From contig JBHJGN010000015.1 of NCBI GenBank assembly GCA_050331735.1, forward strand, positions 42,400 to 106,399: a DNA stretch of 64,000 bases, written 5' to 3'. Shown here piece by piece: positions 51,876-63,860 of the stretch (position 1 is its first letter; each line of letters begins with the position of its first letter). The position numbers and the translations under genes are program-made. The notes under the pieces were generated by a model. The model saw only the letters and a list, made by a program, of their open reading frames with translations, was not told the DNA's origin and searched no databases. This DNA is from Cyanophyceae cyanobacterium (GTDB lineage Bacteria > Cyanobacteriota > Cyanobacteriia > Cyanobacteriales > JBHJGN01).

Positions 51876-53696
51876 TTAATCACACCAAAGTCTTCTGGCC
51901 GCTGGATTACCGTAAAGTTTTCTTGACCCAACGACTAAAAGCGGTTTTCCTGTGTTATTCGGTAGGTTAAGATCAGGCGGATCGCTACTGTCGTGTGGCC
52001 GGCGCAGGAAATCTGTGACAAAAACGACTGGACGCGAACTATTCCAGTATGCTTGCAGTTCTGCTTTGGCGATCGCATAGCGAGGACGAGGACCAGGAAA
52101 CTGTGGCAAAATACGATTTGTGCCCCCATCGGCTAGCACGAGAACGATGCGATAGGGTCTCTCTCTCTGAACCCAACCCGGAGGAAGTAACTGACCAAAG
52201 GAGCTATAGCGGTTATTGAAGGGGGTTTCACGGTGGCGACACCCCTGACTTAAAGATTCTTGATCAATTTTTCCGTGGTTGAGATAATAGCTCATTGCGC
52301 CTGCGGTTCCTAGCTCTCGCGATCCTTCAAAGATCCATAGAGCTGCTGAACCCAGACGGGCGTTCGCGGATTCGACTAAGGATTTGGAAGCACGAACGTC
52401 TTGGTAAAGAACGAAGCCGTGAACAATCGAGATATAGCTGCTGACGAAGCCGACTAGCAACGCTGCGAGAGCATAGACACGGTGGAACTTTATTAAAAGA
52501 CCACCAGTAAACAATCCCAGTCCCATCGCTACAGTCATTAAAACGAGCTTGGCTAAAGAGGAAGTGACGGGAAGTTCGAGAACGTTGATGAGGTGAGTTC
52601 CCCACAGTGCGGTGCTGCTGAGCCCCAAACCAACGCAGATAAACAGGATAGCTACTTTGGCTGTTGCCCTCTGAGTAGACCACCATCCCGCACACAAAAT
52701 GGCATAAGGTGGTAGCGCTGGCAAGCTGTAGTACACGAGACGAGACGAGAAAGGCAAAAAGAGAACAATCGGGCTAAGCGTTGCGATCGCCAGCAGCAAC
52801 AGTCCCGACTTCTGTGGCTCGTTCTTCGCACCGCTTACCACCCAAGTACCAACTTGAGGCAGCAGCAGTGACCACGGAAAACACCATACGGCTGCGAGAG
52901 CCAAATAACCAATAGCGCTCACTTTTGACACTTCGTAGTCGGGAGGCCAACGAGTATCAGCAAGGCGTTGCAGATGTTCGTTGTAGAAAAAGTAGAACCA
53001 AAATCCGGGGTTCGCCCGTTCAACGGCAACCGACCAAGGCAGCACCACTGCCAGCGTTATTCCTAAGCCAGGAACGAGACGGATTTTAGAGCAGACTGAC
53101 CATCCTCTCCGGAGCGCCAAACCGCAACAGCATAGCAACGGCAAAACCAAACCTAACAAGCCTTTGCTGAGGAAACACAGTCCTAAAACTGCGTACAGGG
53201 TAAAGAACCACCAATGGGCACGAGGATGGCAGTCTAGTTTCCATAAAGCATAATACGCGATCGAGACGAGCGTGGCAAGCAACACATCGATCAAAAGCTG
53301 ATGCGTAAATATAAACCATCCCAACGTGGTGCTGAGCATGACGGCAGCGGTACGACCTGCTTCACCCCCCCACAGTTCTCGCGCCCATTTCCAGGCCACA
53401 ACTACTGCCAGCCAGCCGCTCAGCGCTAACGGCAGACGCGCTGACCATTCGGAGGCTTCAAACACTACTGTACTCATCGCCACAAGCCAGTAGAGCAGCG
53501 GTGGCTTATTGAGATAGGGCGCACCGTTTAAGGTTGGCGTTACCCAATCTTGGCGCAGCACCATTTCAGCGCCAACGCCAGCAAAATGACCTTCATGAGG
53601 TTCATAGAGTCCGTAACTGCCAATCCCCAAGGAAAGAATGATTAGTCCCAGTAATAGAACCAGAATGTCTACCCCATTAAAACGACTCAGTTTCAT
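51876..53696 (-). CDS. ArnT/PMT-like (GT-C) membrane glycosyltransferase
   Basis: EPHEGHFA, PTLNGAPYLNKPPLLYW, EWSARLP, LSKG, LPW. Confidence 0.88.
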   Translation of the reverse strand: MKLSRFNGVDILVLLLGLIILSLGIGSYGLYEPHEGHFAGVGAEMVLRQDWVTPTLNGAPYLNKPPLLYWLVAMSTVVFEASEWSARLPLALSGWLAVVVAWKWARELWGGEAGRTAAVMLSTTLGWFIFTHQLLIDVLLATLVSIAYYALWKLDCHPRAHWWFFTLYAVLGLCFLSKGLLGLVLPLLCCCGLALRRGWSVCSKIRLVPGLGITLAVVLPWSVAVERANPGFWFYFFYNEHLQRLADTRWPPDYEVSKVSAIGYLALAAVWCFPWSLLLPQVGTWVVSGAKNEPQKSGLLLLAIATLSPIVLFLPFSSRLVYYSLPALPPYAILCAGWWSTQRATAKVAILFICVGLGLSSTALWGTHLINVLELPVTSSLAKLVLMTVAMGLGLFTGGLLIKFHRVYALAALLVGFVSSYISIVHGFVLYQDVRASKSLVESANARLGSAALWIFEGSRELGTAGAMSYYLNHGKIDQESLSQGCRHRETPFNNRYSSFGQLLPPGWVQRERPYRIVLVLADGGTNRILPQFPGPRPRYAIAKAELQAYWNSSRPVVFVTDFLRRPHDSSDPPDLNLPNNTGKPLLVVGSRKLYGNPAARRLWCD

Positions 53697-53786
53697 CGTT
53701 AGCTAAAGCACACAGGAATAGGTTTGACGGAGGCTCGCGGAAAATACACGGATGACCAAAAAGTTCCTCCGGCTGCTGTTGTCGCT

Positions 53787-55505
53787 TTAGTTTTCAAGAA
53801 TACATTGGGCTTGCAGAACGCGATAGTTGTTATTTTCAAACACGGTACATTCTTCGTGTCTTTGAGCTAAAAGGGGTGTTCCCTGTTCAAGGGTGGTAAC
53901 GGCACTGGTCGTAGCTGGCTGAAACTGCATGAGCCACGGATCGCTATGCAAATACTCTGGACTAAAAGCAGATTGATCTAATAGCCAGAAATCCACTTCA
54001 TATTTAGCCGTAAAATCTTGTAATTCTGCTACCGACTGACTGTACTGAGCGTTAATGGTATCAATAACCCGTTGGCGAAACTGGCGATAGTAGCCGCGAT
54101 GGTAAGGCACGGCATATTCTTGGGCAATTAAAACTGAGCGTTGCGCAAATGAGGGAATAAAATCGGCTTCTTCAGTTAAAGATGCAATAGTGATATCTTT
54201 AGGCTGCTGTTGAAAAAATTGATAGAGTGCTGGAAAATTTCCCTGTACGTAACCGAGTCTGTAGGGATAGGCTTGAACGAGGTAAGTAGGAATCAAAACA
54301 ATCGCGATCGCTATTCCTGTTAACAGAGTCCCGCAGGTACGGCGCGGTAATTGAACTCGTTGAGCTAACCATCGAGAGAGTGAATCGACAAAGATAGTAA
54401 TAACCATTCCATCCGCTAAAGCAAGGACGAGCCGCCAACTGTGATGAGTATATCGACTGGGTAGGTGTAGCCGAAAGAGCCATAAATGGGCCAAGAAATA
54501 TACTGCTAAAGAAGCGAGCAGAATTTGACCAATAATATTTTGGGGAAAAGGGGAAAGGGGAACGGGAAAAGGGGCATAGGGTTTTACCTGTTTCTGCCAC
54601 CTTTGTTGTCGTCGGGAGACTGGCGGACTCACTTGTACTAGGGGAAACTGTGCTGGGAACCGCTGCAAGATTGGTAATAAACAACCGAAACTCATGAGCA
54701 AGAAGTATGGCCACTCGCGAGGGAAAAAGCCGCTTCTCGGAGCAACGAGCCAAAAGGACCACGGATTATCGAGAAAAAAAGCCGCTCTCCCGGTAGCGGA
54801 GAACTCTGGTAGTTGCATAGCGACCTGAGCTGTTATGGTGGGACCGAACGGTAAATTCTTGGCAGCATAGAAAGACAACGTTGCTACAGCCATCGCCAGA
54901 TTGCCACATAAAAATAGACGGTTGTTCTGATGGGTCAGCAATCGCAGCACCACAATGCCACTAGAAATTAAGACCGCTTGGGGATAAAATAATCCCTGGA
55001 GAGCGATCGCCGCTAAACATCCCCAGTGTTCTTTGAGGAGGTAGTATAAAAAGGCTAGAAACAGGGGATAGAAAAAAGCTCTTGGCGTCCCCGAGGAAAG
55101 ATCGTCTACCATCCAGAGATTTTGATTGAGCAATACTGTAGAGAGCATCGCCGCCAGCGGTACTGGGAAAAGCTGGTGGCAAAGCTTAAAGCAATATACC
55201 GTAGCGGCAAGGGCAAGCATGAGCGGCAGGATTTTGTTCAGCAGTAAAGGATGAACGCCAACCTGTGCAGCGAAGCGGTAGAGAGACGTGTACCCTAGCG
55301 GTGCTACCGCCTGAAAATAGTCGGCAATTAAGTCGTTGGGAAATAAATGAGAGTCAATCAATCTGTGCATCCAGAAGACATGCTGACGAGCATCATCTTG
55401 AATTACATACGGATTCATGGCTAGACGTAAGCCGCAGAAACTAAAAGCGACAGCAGCAATGATGCTGTAGCAGAGGGCCGGAAAATCTTTTGCTGAAGGA
55501 GCCAC
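53787..55505 (-). CDS. Polytopic membrane protein, probable GT-C-like glycosylation component
   Basis: QDDARQHVFWM, APLGY, SGTPRAF, LHLPSRY; many TMs; co-oriented with the ArnT-like gene. Confidence 0.65.
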   Translation of the reverse strand: MAPSAKDFPALCYSIIAAVAFSFCGLRLAMNPYVIQDDARQHVFWMHRLIDSHLFPNDLIADYFQAVAPLGYTSLYRFAAQVGVHPLLLNKILPLMLALAATVYCFKLCHQLFPVPLAAMLSTVLLNQNLWMVDDLSSGTPRAFFYPLFLAFLYYLLKEHWGCLAAIALQGLFYPQAVLISSGIVVLRLLTHQNNRLFLCGNLAMAVATLSFYAAKNLPFGPTITAQVAMQLPEFSATGRAAFFLDNPWSFWLVAPRSGFFPREWPYFLLMSFGCLLPILQRFPAQFPLVQVSPPVSRRQQRWQKQVKPYAPFPVPLSPFPQNIIGQILLASLAVYFLAHLWLFRLHLPSRYTHHSWRLVLALADGMVITIFVDSLSRWLAQRVQLPRRTCGTLLTGIAIAIVLIPTYLVQAYPYRLGYVQGNFPALYQFFQQQPKDITIASLTEEADFIPSFAQRSVLIAQEYAVPYHRGYYRQFRQRVIDTINAQYSQSVAELQDFTAKYEVDFWLLDQSAFSPEYLHSDPWLMQFQPATTSAVTTLEQGTPLLAQRHEECTVFENNNYRVLQAQCILEN

Positions 55506-55938
55506 GTTTCAACCAGTGTCAGAGTTTAACAGCAATGAGCTGTTGCCGATTCGCTCTTGGCTAACAGCTATTTATTAGCTACCTTGATGCTTTTGTCAAT
55601 CATTCAATCTTCGTTCTTAGGCTGAAAGCTTTCTTGACGCTGCCTCTCGATTGAGCGACTTGTGTTTATTCACAAAAGAATTTTTTTGTCAAGTTAAATG
55701 TATAAATTTTTGTATAGGAAGGTCGAGCAAATACTCACTTAAGCTGTCAATTTTTGTAAAAAAATATCTCTTCCTTTCTATCAAATTGTGTCAAACAGAG
55801 ACAGAAAGCTATATTGGGCGAGCGTTTTCTGATACAAACTACAGATGGATACCTCTACAGAGTTTAAGTAAAAATACTCGATTACGGTTTCTGGTTGCTG
55901 TCAAGCTATCTACCCCAAACAAAGGAGAAATATAGAGT

Positions 55939-58900
55939 ATGTTCACTCACGTCAAGTCCACCATTCGCCATATTGTTCCAAGCGATCTAAATGAGCGTGC
56001 CCTACTGAAGGTGGTCTATGTCGTGCTCGAGCCTCAGTACCAGAGTTCTTTATCAGCAGCAGTCAAGTCCATTAATCAAAATCACCCCAAGCTTGCCGTC
56101 GAGATTAGCGGCTATCTCATTGAAGAACTGCGCGATGCGGAGAACTATGAAGCCTTCAAACAAGATATTGCTCAAGCCAACATTTTCATTGCTTCCCTGA
56201 TTTTCATTGAAGATTTAGCCGAAAAGGTCGTCGCCGCCGTCACCCCCCATCGAGAAGCTCTGGATGCGGTTGTCGTGTTCCCCTCAATGCCCCAGGTGAT
56301 GCGCCTCAACAAACTAGGCAGCTTCTCAATGGCGCAGCTTGGTCAGTCTAAGAGTGCGATCGCTCAGTTCATGCGCAAGCGCAAAGAGAATTCCGGCGCT
56401 TCGTTCCAAGACGGCATGCTCAAGCTGCTGCGCACCCTACCGAAAGTACTGAAATATATGCCGATGGATAAAGCGCAGGATGCGCGGAACTTCATGCTGA
56501 GCTTTCAATACTGGCTTGGGGGGTCGGCGGAAAACCTAGAGAACTTTCTGCTCATGCTGGCAGATAAATACGTTTTCGATGATGTTGCGATTCGCTCCTC
56601 TCAATTGAGCTACAGCGAGCCGATTGTTTACCCGGATATGGGCATCTGGCATCCCTTAGCGCCGCAGATGTTCGAGGAGGTCACAGATTATCTCAACTGG
56701 TACAACAGCCGCTCGGATATTAGCGACGACCTCAAAGATCCGCTCGCTCCCTGCGTTGGGTTAGTCCTCCAGCGGACGCACCTTGTCACTGGAGACGACG
56801 CTCACTACGTCGGCATGGTGCAGGAACTAGAGGCGATGGGAGCCAGAGTGATTCCGGTATTTGCTGGCGGGCTAGATTTTTCTAAACCCGTAGACGTTTA
56901 CTTCTGGGAAAAAGGGGTTAAAGGAGTCGCGCCGTTGCCGATTGTGGACGTGGTTGTGTCTCTCACCGGATTTGCCCTGGTAGGCGGTCCCGCTCGGCAG
57001 GATCACCCCAAAGCAATTGAATCCCTCAAGCGGCTCAATCGTCCCTACATGGTCGCCCTGCCCCTGGTGTTTCAAACAACCCAGGAATGGGAAGAAAGCG
57101 ATCTGGGGCTGCATCCGATTCAGGTGGCCCTGCAAATTGCGATTCCCGAACTCGATGGCGCGATTGAACCGATCATCGTCTCTGGCAGAGACGGCGTGAC
57201 CGGAAAAGCGATCGCCCTTCAGGATCGCCTAGAGGCGATCGCGCAGCGGGCGATGAAGTGGGCCACCCTGCGGAAAAAGCCGAAACTCGATAAAAAGGTA
57301 GCCATTACCGTCTTTAGCTTTCCCCCCGATAAAGGCAACGTCGGCACAGCCGCTTATTTAGATGTGTTTGGCTCCATCTATGAAGTGATGCAGGCTCTGA
57401 AGCAAAATGGCTACGAAGTCGAAGAACTGCCCGAATCACCAGAAGCCCTGATGCAGGCCGTCATTCACGATGCCCAAGCACAGTACCAAAGCCCAGAATT
57501 AAATATTGCCCACCGCATGTCGGTGGAGGAGTACGAGCGTTTAACTCCCTACTCGGAACGGCTTGAGGAAAACTGGGGACCGCCGCCGGGACACCTCAAC
57601 AGCGACGGCCAAAATCTGCTCATCTACGGTAAGCAGTTTGGCAACGTCTTCATTGGCGTACAGCCCACCTTCGGCTACGAAGGCGATCCGATGCGGCTGC
57701 TGTTTTCCCGTTCTGCCAGTCCCCATCACGGCTTTGCGGCCTACTACACCTACCTCAATCAGATCTGGCAAGCCGACGCGGTGCTGCACTTCGGTACTCA
57801 CGGATCGCTAGAATTTATGCCCGGTAAGCAGATGGGCATGTCGGGCGACTGCTACCCCGATAACCTGATTGGCAACATTCCCAACCTTTACTACTACGCG
57901 GCAAACAATCCTTCAGAAGCCACCATCGCTAAGCGGCGCAGCTACGCTGAGACGATTTCTTACCTCACTCCTCCGGCGGAGAATGCTGGACTGTACAAAG
58001 GCTTGCAGGAGTTGAACGAATTAATTGGTTCCTACCAATCCCTCAAAGACGGCGGCAGAGGCGTAGCCATTGTGAATACGATTGTGGAGAAATGCCGGAT
58101 GGTTAACCTGGACCGGGATATTCAGTTGCCGGAAGCGGATGCTAAAGAGCTCACCACCGAGGAACGGGATACCATTGTCGGCTCAGTCTACCGTAAGCTG
58201 ATGGAGATTGAATCGCGGCTGCTGCCCTGTGGACTACACATCATTGGTAAACCCCCCACCGCTGAAGAAGCTGTCGCTACCCTCGTTAATATTGCCAGCC
58301 TCGACCGTGAGGAAGAGGAAATTCTTTCTTTACCTCGCATTATTGCTAACAGTATTAGTCGAGAAATAGACGAGATCTACAAAAACAGCGACAGAGGCAT
58401 CCTAGAAGATGTTGAGCTGCTGCAAAATATTACTCTGGCCACTCGCGCTGCCGTCAGTGCCTTAGTCCAGGCGCAGGTTGATGCCAACGGTCGTATTTCA
58501 AAAGTCTCCAAGCTCAACTTCTTCAATCTCGGTAAAAAAGCCCCCTGGATTGCCTCTCTCCATGCCTCTGGCTATCCCAAAGTCGATCCTGAAGCCCTCA
58601 AGCCGCTGTTTGAGTATTTAGAATTTTGTCTCGAACAGGTCTGTGCCGATAACGAACTCGGGTCGTTACTCAAGGCGCTAGAGGGAGAGTACGTCCTGCC
58701 CGGTCCTGGAGGCGATCCGATCCGCAACCCCAACGTTTTGCCCACCGGAAAAAACATCCACGCCCTCGATCCCCAATCGATTCCGACGGCGGCAGCCGTC
58801 AAGTCGGCAGAGGTGGTCGTTGAGCGTCTGCTGGCGCGGCAGCGGGCCGAGAATGGGGGCGCTTGGCCCGAAACGATTGCCTGCGTCCTCTGGGGAACCG

Positions 58901-59934
58901 ATAATATTAAAACCTACGGTGAATCCCTGGCTCAGATTCTCTGGATGGTTGGCGTAAAGCCAGTGCCGGATGCCTTGGGACGAGTCAATAAGTTAGAGTT
59001 GATTCCGCTTGCAGAACTCCAGCGTCCCCGCGTAGATGTTGTGGTTAACTGTTCCGGTGTATTCCGCGATCTGTTTATCAACCAAATGAACCTGCTGGAT
59101 CAGGCCATTAAAATGGCAGCGGAAGCCGACGAACCCCCCTCGATGAACTTTGTCCGCAAACATGCCCTTCAGCAGGCAGAAGAGATGGGCATCAACGTCC
59201 GGCAAGCGGCAACCCGCGTCTTCTCTAATGCTTCAGGCTCTTACTCCTCCAACGTTAACCTCGCCGTAGAAAATAGCTCTTGGGAGGAGGAAGAGGAACT
59301 CCAGCAGATGTATCTCAAGCGCAAGTCCTTCGCCTTCAATTCCGACAACCCCGGCATGATGGACCAGAACCGCCGCTGTTTTGAGGCGGCGCTCAAAACG
59401 GCAGATGTCACCTTCCAAAACCTGGATTCTTCGGAAATTAGCCTGACCGATGTCTCCCACTATTTCGACTCCGATCCGACTAAAGTAGTCGCGAGTTTGC
59501 GGGAGGACGGTAAATCTCCGGCTTCCTACATTGCCGATACTACCACCGCTAACGCCCAGGTGCGATCGCTTTCAGAAACGGTACGCCTTGATGCCCGCAC
59601 TAAAATGCTCAATCCGAAGTGGTACGAGGGCATGCTCAGTCACGGCTACGAGGGTGTGCGGGAACTCTCAAAGCGGCTAGTGAATACGATGGGCTGGTCA
59701 GCAACGGCTGGCGCGGTAGATAACTGGGTGTATGAAGATGTCAACACTACCTTCATTGAAGACCCGGAGATGTGCCAGCGGCTGATGAATCTCAATCCTA
59801 ATTCGTTCCGCAAGATGGTCGGCACGTTGCTGGAAGTGAATGGTCGGGGCTATTGGGAGACGAGCGAGAGCAATCTCGACCGCCTGCGGGAGCTATACGC
59901 AGAGGTTGAAGACCGCATTGAAGGGGTTGAATAA
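55939..59934 (+). CDS. chlH: Magnesium chelatase subunit H
   Basis: MFTHVK start, [39 protein letters not shown], ends [16 protein letters not shown]. Confidence 0.97.
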   Translation: MFTHVKSTIRHIVPSDLNERALLKVVYVVLEPQYQSSLSAAVKSINQNHPKLAVEISGYLIEELRDAENYEAFKQDIAQANIFIASLIFIEDLAEKVVAAVTPHREALDAVVVFPSMPQVMRLNKLGSFSMAQLGQSKSAIAQFMRKRKENSGASFQDGMLKLLRTLPKVLKYMPMDKAQDARNFMLSFQYWLGGSAENLENFLLMLADKYVFDDVAIRSSQLSYSEPIVYPDMGIWHPLAPQMFEEVTDYLNWYNSRSDISDDLKDPLAPCVGLVLQRTHLVTGDDAHYVGMVQELEAMGARVIPVFAGGLDFSKPVDVYFWEKGVKGVAPLPIVDVVVSLTGFALVGGPARQDHPKAIESLKRLNRPYMVALPLVFQTTQEWEESDLGLHPIQVALQIAIPELDGAIEPIIVSGRDGVTGKAIALQDRLEAIAQRAMKWATLRKKPKLDKKVAITVFSFPPDKGNVGTAAYLDVFGSIYEVMQALKQNGYEVEELPESPEALMQAVIHDAQAQYQSPELNIAHRMSVEEYERLTPYSERLEENWGPPPGHLNSDGQNLLIYGKQFGNVFIGVQPTFGYEGDPMRLLFSRSASPHHGFAAYYTYLNQIWQADAVLHFGTHGSLEFMPGKQMGMSGDCYPDNLIGNIPNLYYYAANNPSEATIAKRRSYAETISYLTPPAENAGLYKGLQELNELIGSYQSLKDGGRGVAIVNTIVEKCRMVNLDRDIQLPEADAKELTTEERDTIVGSVYRKLMEIESRLLPCGLHIIGKPPTAEEAVATLVNIASLDREEEEILSLPRIIANSISREIDEIYKNSDRGILEDVELLQNITLATRAAVSALVQAQVDANGRISKVSKLNFFNLGKKAPWIASLHASGYPKVDPEALKPLFEYLEFCLEQVCADNELGSLLKALEGEYVLPGPGGDPIRNPNVLPTGKNIHALDPQSIPTAAAVKSAEVVVERLLARQRAENGGAWPETIACVLWGTDNIKTYGESLAQILWMVGVKPVPDALGRVNKLELIPLAELQRPRVDVVVNCSGVFRDLFINQMNLLDQAIKMAAEADEPPSMNFVRKHALQQAEEMGINVRQAATRVFSNASGSYSSNVNLAVENSSWEEEEELQQMYLKRKSFAFNSDNPGMMDQNRRCFEAALKTADVTFQNLDSSEISLTDVSHYFDSDPTKVVASLREDGKSPASYIADTTTANAQVRSLSETVRLDARTKMLNPKWYEGMLSHGYEGVRELSKRLVNTMGWSATAGAVDNWVYEDVNTTFIEDPEMCQRLMNLNPNSFRKMVGTLLEVNGRGYWETSESNLDRLRELYAEVEDRIEGVE

Positions 59935-59956
59935 ACTAAACTCTGATTAAAACGTT

Positions 59957-59987
59957 AAGAGACGTTCTCCTGAACGTCTTTTTCTTT
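59957..59987 (+). terminator. Probable rho-independent terminator of chlH
   Basis: AGACGTTC-TCCT-GAACGTCT followed by a T-run. Confidence 0.65.
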
Positions 59988-60041
59988 GTGTATTTATTTG
60001 CTTATTGACATAACAAAAGCTGCTCACGAAGTTTTGGGCTT

Positions 60042-60917
60042 CTAGACTATGTTTGACTCGTCCTGGATTGAGACACCGTATCTCTGGCAGAGGAGATTGA
60101 TTTTTTCTCTGAAGTAGTCGCGCACGGAGTCTGGCGACACAATCTCGCAGTCTTCTCCATAACGAAATACCTCTCGGATCAGCCAAAAGGGGTTAGACAC
60201 TTTTCTAACGACTTGACGCACATCCCCAACCACTTCGTTACTCACGTCATTCGCTTTGGGTTCGTAGGCTTTGACCATGCCTCTGTAAAAGTGCAAGTAC
60301 ACTTTCGTCGTGTCTACCCCTTCCTGCCGCCACGGTACATCCGTTGGGATAACGGCTTGAATTCGGTCTATACGCAAACAGCGATTGTGTATCAGTTCGG
60401 GAAACTTAGGATTGACGATATCTTCTGTCTCCTCGCACCAAATTTGTACGTAAAAACGCTTCTCCTCAAAGGTTATTTCTCCATAGCGTACTGTGTATTC
60501 CCATTGCTCACCTTGGGAATTGTTATAAAGGAGATGAAATGGCTGCTGGTTTTGAATGTGTTGCTCGATGAGAATGCGCCAAGCTTGGCTCAGTTGGCTA
60601 ACTTGCTGCAAAATTGCTTGTCGCAAGGGCGCTTCAAGTTGTCCCCGTTCTAAGAGTAAACTTGAAAGGGTTTGAGCGTCACCGATACAGCCAGAGTCTT
60701 TTAAGAGTTTGATCGATTGCTGTAGTGCCTTTACTTGAGTGGGGTTAAGAGTGAATGGCTCTCCAATTTCTAACTGTTGTTGCGCGATCGCCGTAATCAA
60801 CCCGGAAGGACTCGGACTCTTTCCCCAAAAGATGTTGAAACGACGAGCAAGTTTTTCTAGCTGCTCCTTCGTTCCTGGCGGAATTGAAAGCGTAATTGTT
60901 TCTTTTTTCCTTGACAT
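60042..60917 (-). CDS. WYL-domain transcriptional regulator with N-terminal ribbon-helix-helix (type I-D CRISPR-associated type)
   Basis: MSRKKETITLSIP..; EKRFYVQIWCEET; NRCLRIDRI; FWLIREVFRYGEDCEIVSP; divergent from cas10d. Confidence 0.88.
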   Translation of the reverse strand: MSRKKETITLSIPPGTKEQLEKLARRFNIFWGKSPSPSGLITAIAQQQLEIGEPFTLNPTQVKALQQSIKLLKDSGCIGDAQTLSSLLLERGQLEAPLRQAILQQVSQLSQAWRILIEQHIQNQQPFHLLYNNSQGEQWEYTVRYGEITFEEKRFYVQIWCEETEDIVNPKFPELIHNRCLRIDRIQAVIPTDVPWRQEGVDTTKVYLHFYRGMVKAYEPKANDVSNEVVGDVRQVVRKVSNPFWLIREVFRYGEDCEIVSPDSVRDYFREKINLLCQRYGVSIQDESNIV

Positions 60918-61179
60918 TATAAAATTATAATTACACTGTTGACATATTTAGAAGCACATGTAACCATAATAGCATTGCAAGTAAACAAGAGGGAAAAAGC
61001 AGAACTTATAATTACAAACCCAAAAGATAAAAAGAGCCAGAAGCTTGTTCTGGCGTTCCCTCATAGGAATTTTTAAGAGTAAAAAGCAAGCTAGACAAGC
61101 CAGCTTACTTGTATATTTTCCTACCTTCTATGATAAAGCACGGCTTGTCTGGTTGTACACCTTATAGAGACAATCAGCC

Positions 61180-61368
61180 ATGACAGATAGTTTACCAAAC
61201 CGTTTACTCCGTCTTATGTCAGATGGTCGCTGGCATTCTCGCGAAGAACTGATTGAAGAAAGCAGCTATCGCTTCTCTGCGGCGCTTCATGTCCTTAAAA
61301 ACCGGGGGCACAAGTTTGAGAAGCGGCATGTTGAAAAACAAAGATACGACTATCGGTTAATCATCTAG
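61180..61368 (+). CDS. Small winged-helix protein
   Basis: 62 aa; LLRLMSDGRWHSREEL..RFSAALHVLKNRGHKFEK..YDYRL. Confidence 0.7.
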   Translation: MTDSLPNRLLRLMSDGRWHSREELIEESSYRFSAALHVLKNRGHKFEKRHVEKQRYDYRLII

Positions 61369-61494
61369 TGCCGATCTAAATAGGGGGAGTGCCGTTGCAC
61401 TTTCCCTCAGTATTTCACTCAACCGATATAACAGTGTTCAGACTCACCTTGAACGCACTGTTTTACCTGTCTTACATATTTGGGAGAAAAACCC

Positions 61495-63860
61495 ATGTTG
61501 AAACATCGCAATATTTTTCAGGGCGAACCGAAAACATTAGAGGAACAATACTTTAGCGAGATTCGCCCCAATCTTTACGGGCTACACGGAACTCACGCCC
61601 AATACGGTACCCGCAAAGGACGTAGCTTAGCAGAACATCTTGATTCGGCTTGTCAGTTTGTCCTGAGTGTAAGCAAAATTGCTCAAGTACCTGAACCCAA
61701 GCGTCCCTTAATTCTAGCGGCAACAGCCGTTCACGATTTGAATAAGTTTGATGAAGACGGGCGTAGCGTCAAAACCTTGGCACGCGATCGCTCCTTTTTA
61801 CAAGCCCAACTTGAACGTGCCTGCGTCGCTCAGTTTGTGCAAACCGAAGAAGATCTTGAACTCGTTCGTCGCCTAGTCGAACGCCATTCTGGTCATAATA
61901 GCAGCGATGGAATGCGCTTCTTGCCGGAAGATCCAAATATTGGGCGCTGGGCAGCGATGCTCGTTGGTGGTGACTTATTTGACCTAGGAATTGAGGAAAG
62001 TGAACGCATTCGCAAAGTAGAAACGGAACTGACAGTTGCCTTGCAGCGAGACACCCATTTATTCAAAGTCAGTTTGTCTGAAGATCGCGGTTACTTTACC
62101 TCTCTATTACTCTCAGCCTGCGAGGAAGTGCTGGGCGATCGCGGCTTGCAAACTCTAGCGATTGAACCAGATGGTCAAATATTTGTTGGAGAAGCGTTTC
62201 CTGAAGAAGTAACCCTAGAAATTGCCCAGCAGTGGCTCAAAAAAATTGAGGGCGTATTTAGCAGCAACGTTGAGCAATTGGTTCGCGCTACAAAAGACGG
62301 CATCAAAATAGACTCCCAAGCAATTCAGCAAAACCGTGAAGCGACTCTAAATCAAGTAAATGCGTTGCTGGTTAAGAAAGCCAACGGGTATAAAGCCGAC
62401 AAGGTAGCGCGGGATATTCAAAAGTATGGCGAAGAAGCCGGAGAAGCGGCGGTCGCCTCCGCCACGATTGTTGGCTTGTCTCCTGTTTCCAGTGCTGAGG
62501 AATTTGCCGTTTCTGAAGGACTAAAAGCCGCTTATCTCAGTTACCGTGCGGCTGGTTTGAGTACGTCAGAAGTTTGGGACTGCATTGCCAACCAGGTTCA
62601 ACTTTCCCCAGAACAACGGTTAGCCCTCGAACCCTTCAACCCGCAGTATGGGCGCTGTTTATTTGCCGCCACCGCCACCGGAGGATTAGAAAGTGTTTAT
62701 GCTGCCCTAAACCATTCCTTCCAACTGCGACAAACCAAAGCAGAAGTGGAGGTTCCCCCAGAGTTAGTCCACGCTGTAGAACAACTGCTGAATTTTCCTC
62801 ATGCTTCCCGATGGCAAGGTTCAGAACTAACCGCCTATATTGAAGCTAAACCAGACGAACGCTGTTCACTAGGAACCACATCACCCAAAATTGAAAAATT
62901 AATTTCTAATAAAATGCCGCCAGGAACGAAAGTGCAGGCGTTTTCCAACCGACTTCCGGGGGGCATGAGTGCGGAACCGAAACGACGCGCCGATGCCCTA
63001 GCTGCACTGAGTTATCAACTGCTGGCAGTGGCGGCTAACTTTCCCAAAGCAAGTAAGCAAGATCCGCTTTACCTACACTTCGCCCTCCCTAAAGGTTCTA
63101 ATCCCGCATTACAAAAAATTTGGCAACAGTTTTTACAGCGAACTGCCCAAACCAATGAAGATGGTCCGGTTACGGTTGATGAGTTGCAGCTATACCGAGA
63201 GTACAAAATGGTGTTCAAGGCTAACAAAGTGGTTGGGATAGCCCTGCCGAAACGCCCCGAATTGATTCGCTCAACCGTCACTATTCCGGTTGTCTGGGGA
63301 GATATCAATAGTTCAGTGGCGCTGCTGAAATCTCTGCGACTTGCCCTAGAACTGGCGCTAGCGCTGGATTTTGGGTTTCCCTTTGTTCTGAGTGGCAGTT
63401 TGGAAGTTGAGCCAGCCTGGGACAGATTTGGCAGAGTGGAAGGGATTCCATCATCATTGCAACCATTGCTAGGAACCGGACAATATCAGCGTGAGGGGCA
63501 TCTATCGAAGCAAGAGCGAAGCAATGTCGTTACGGCTGAAGCAGCGTTGACGCGGTTGCAGTGTGTTGGCAAGCTGGCTATCACTGTTGCCAGCCTCCCT
63601 AAAAAAGACGACTGCCTCTATGATTTAGCTCGCGCGGCAACCCGACCTTTAGAACTATACTACGTCCTGCTGCGCTGGGTTTTGCGGGAACAGGATGACC
63701 CAAATCTAGAAGCCGTTTGGACTCGTATTAAAGAACCTTTAAATACTTTACTGGAGAGTTTGATGGCACAAGAACACGACCAAATTTCTAGCTATCTTAA
63801 ACAAGCTGCCCACATTGCTGAAGTAGGCAAACTGCGAGGCAGTTCCTTCCGTATTACTGC
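61495..63860 (+). pseudogene. cas10d: Type I-D CRISPR large subunit Cas10d (Csc3), interrupted near its 3' end
   Basis: N-terminal HD domain (SLAEHLDS..AVHDLNK), ERCSL, KVQAFSNRLPGG; frame runs into an IS end at ~63861. Confidence 0.85.

Noticed and set aside
55651..55935. 94-aa ORF upstream of chlH
   Set aside because: AT-rich promoter-like region, TTG start, no recognisable protein features
59935..60041. Tn7-like end implying a type I-D CAST inserted after chlH
   Set aside because: No convincing repeated TnsB-binding sites, no tRNA target and no tns genes in the window; a terminator explains part of the segment
60918..61494. CRISPR array or mini-array upstream of cas10d
   Set aside because: No repeated ~35-37 nt unit seen; only short direct repeats and hairpins
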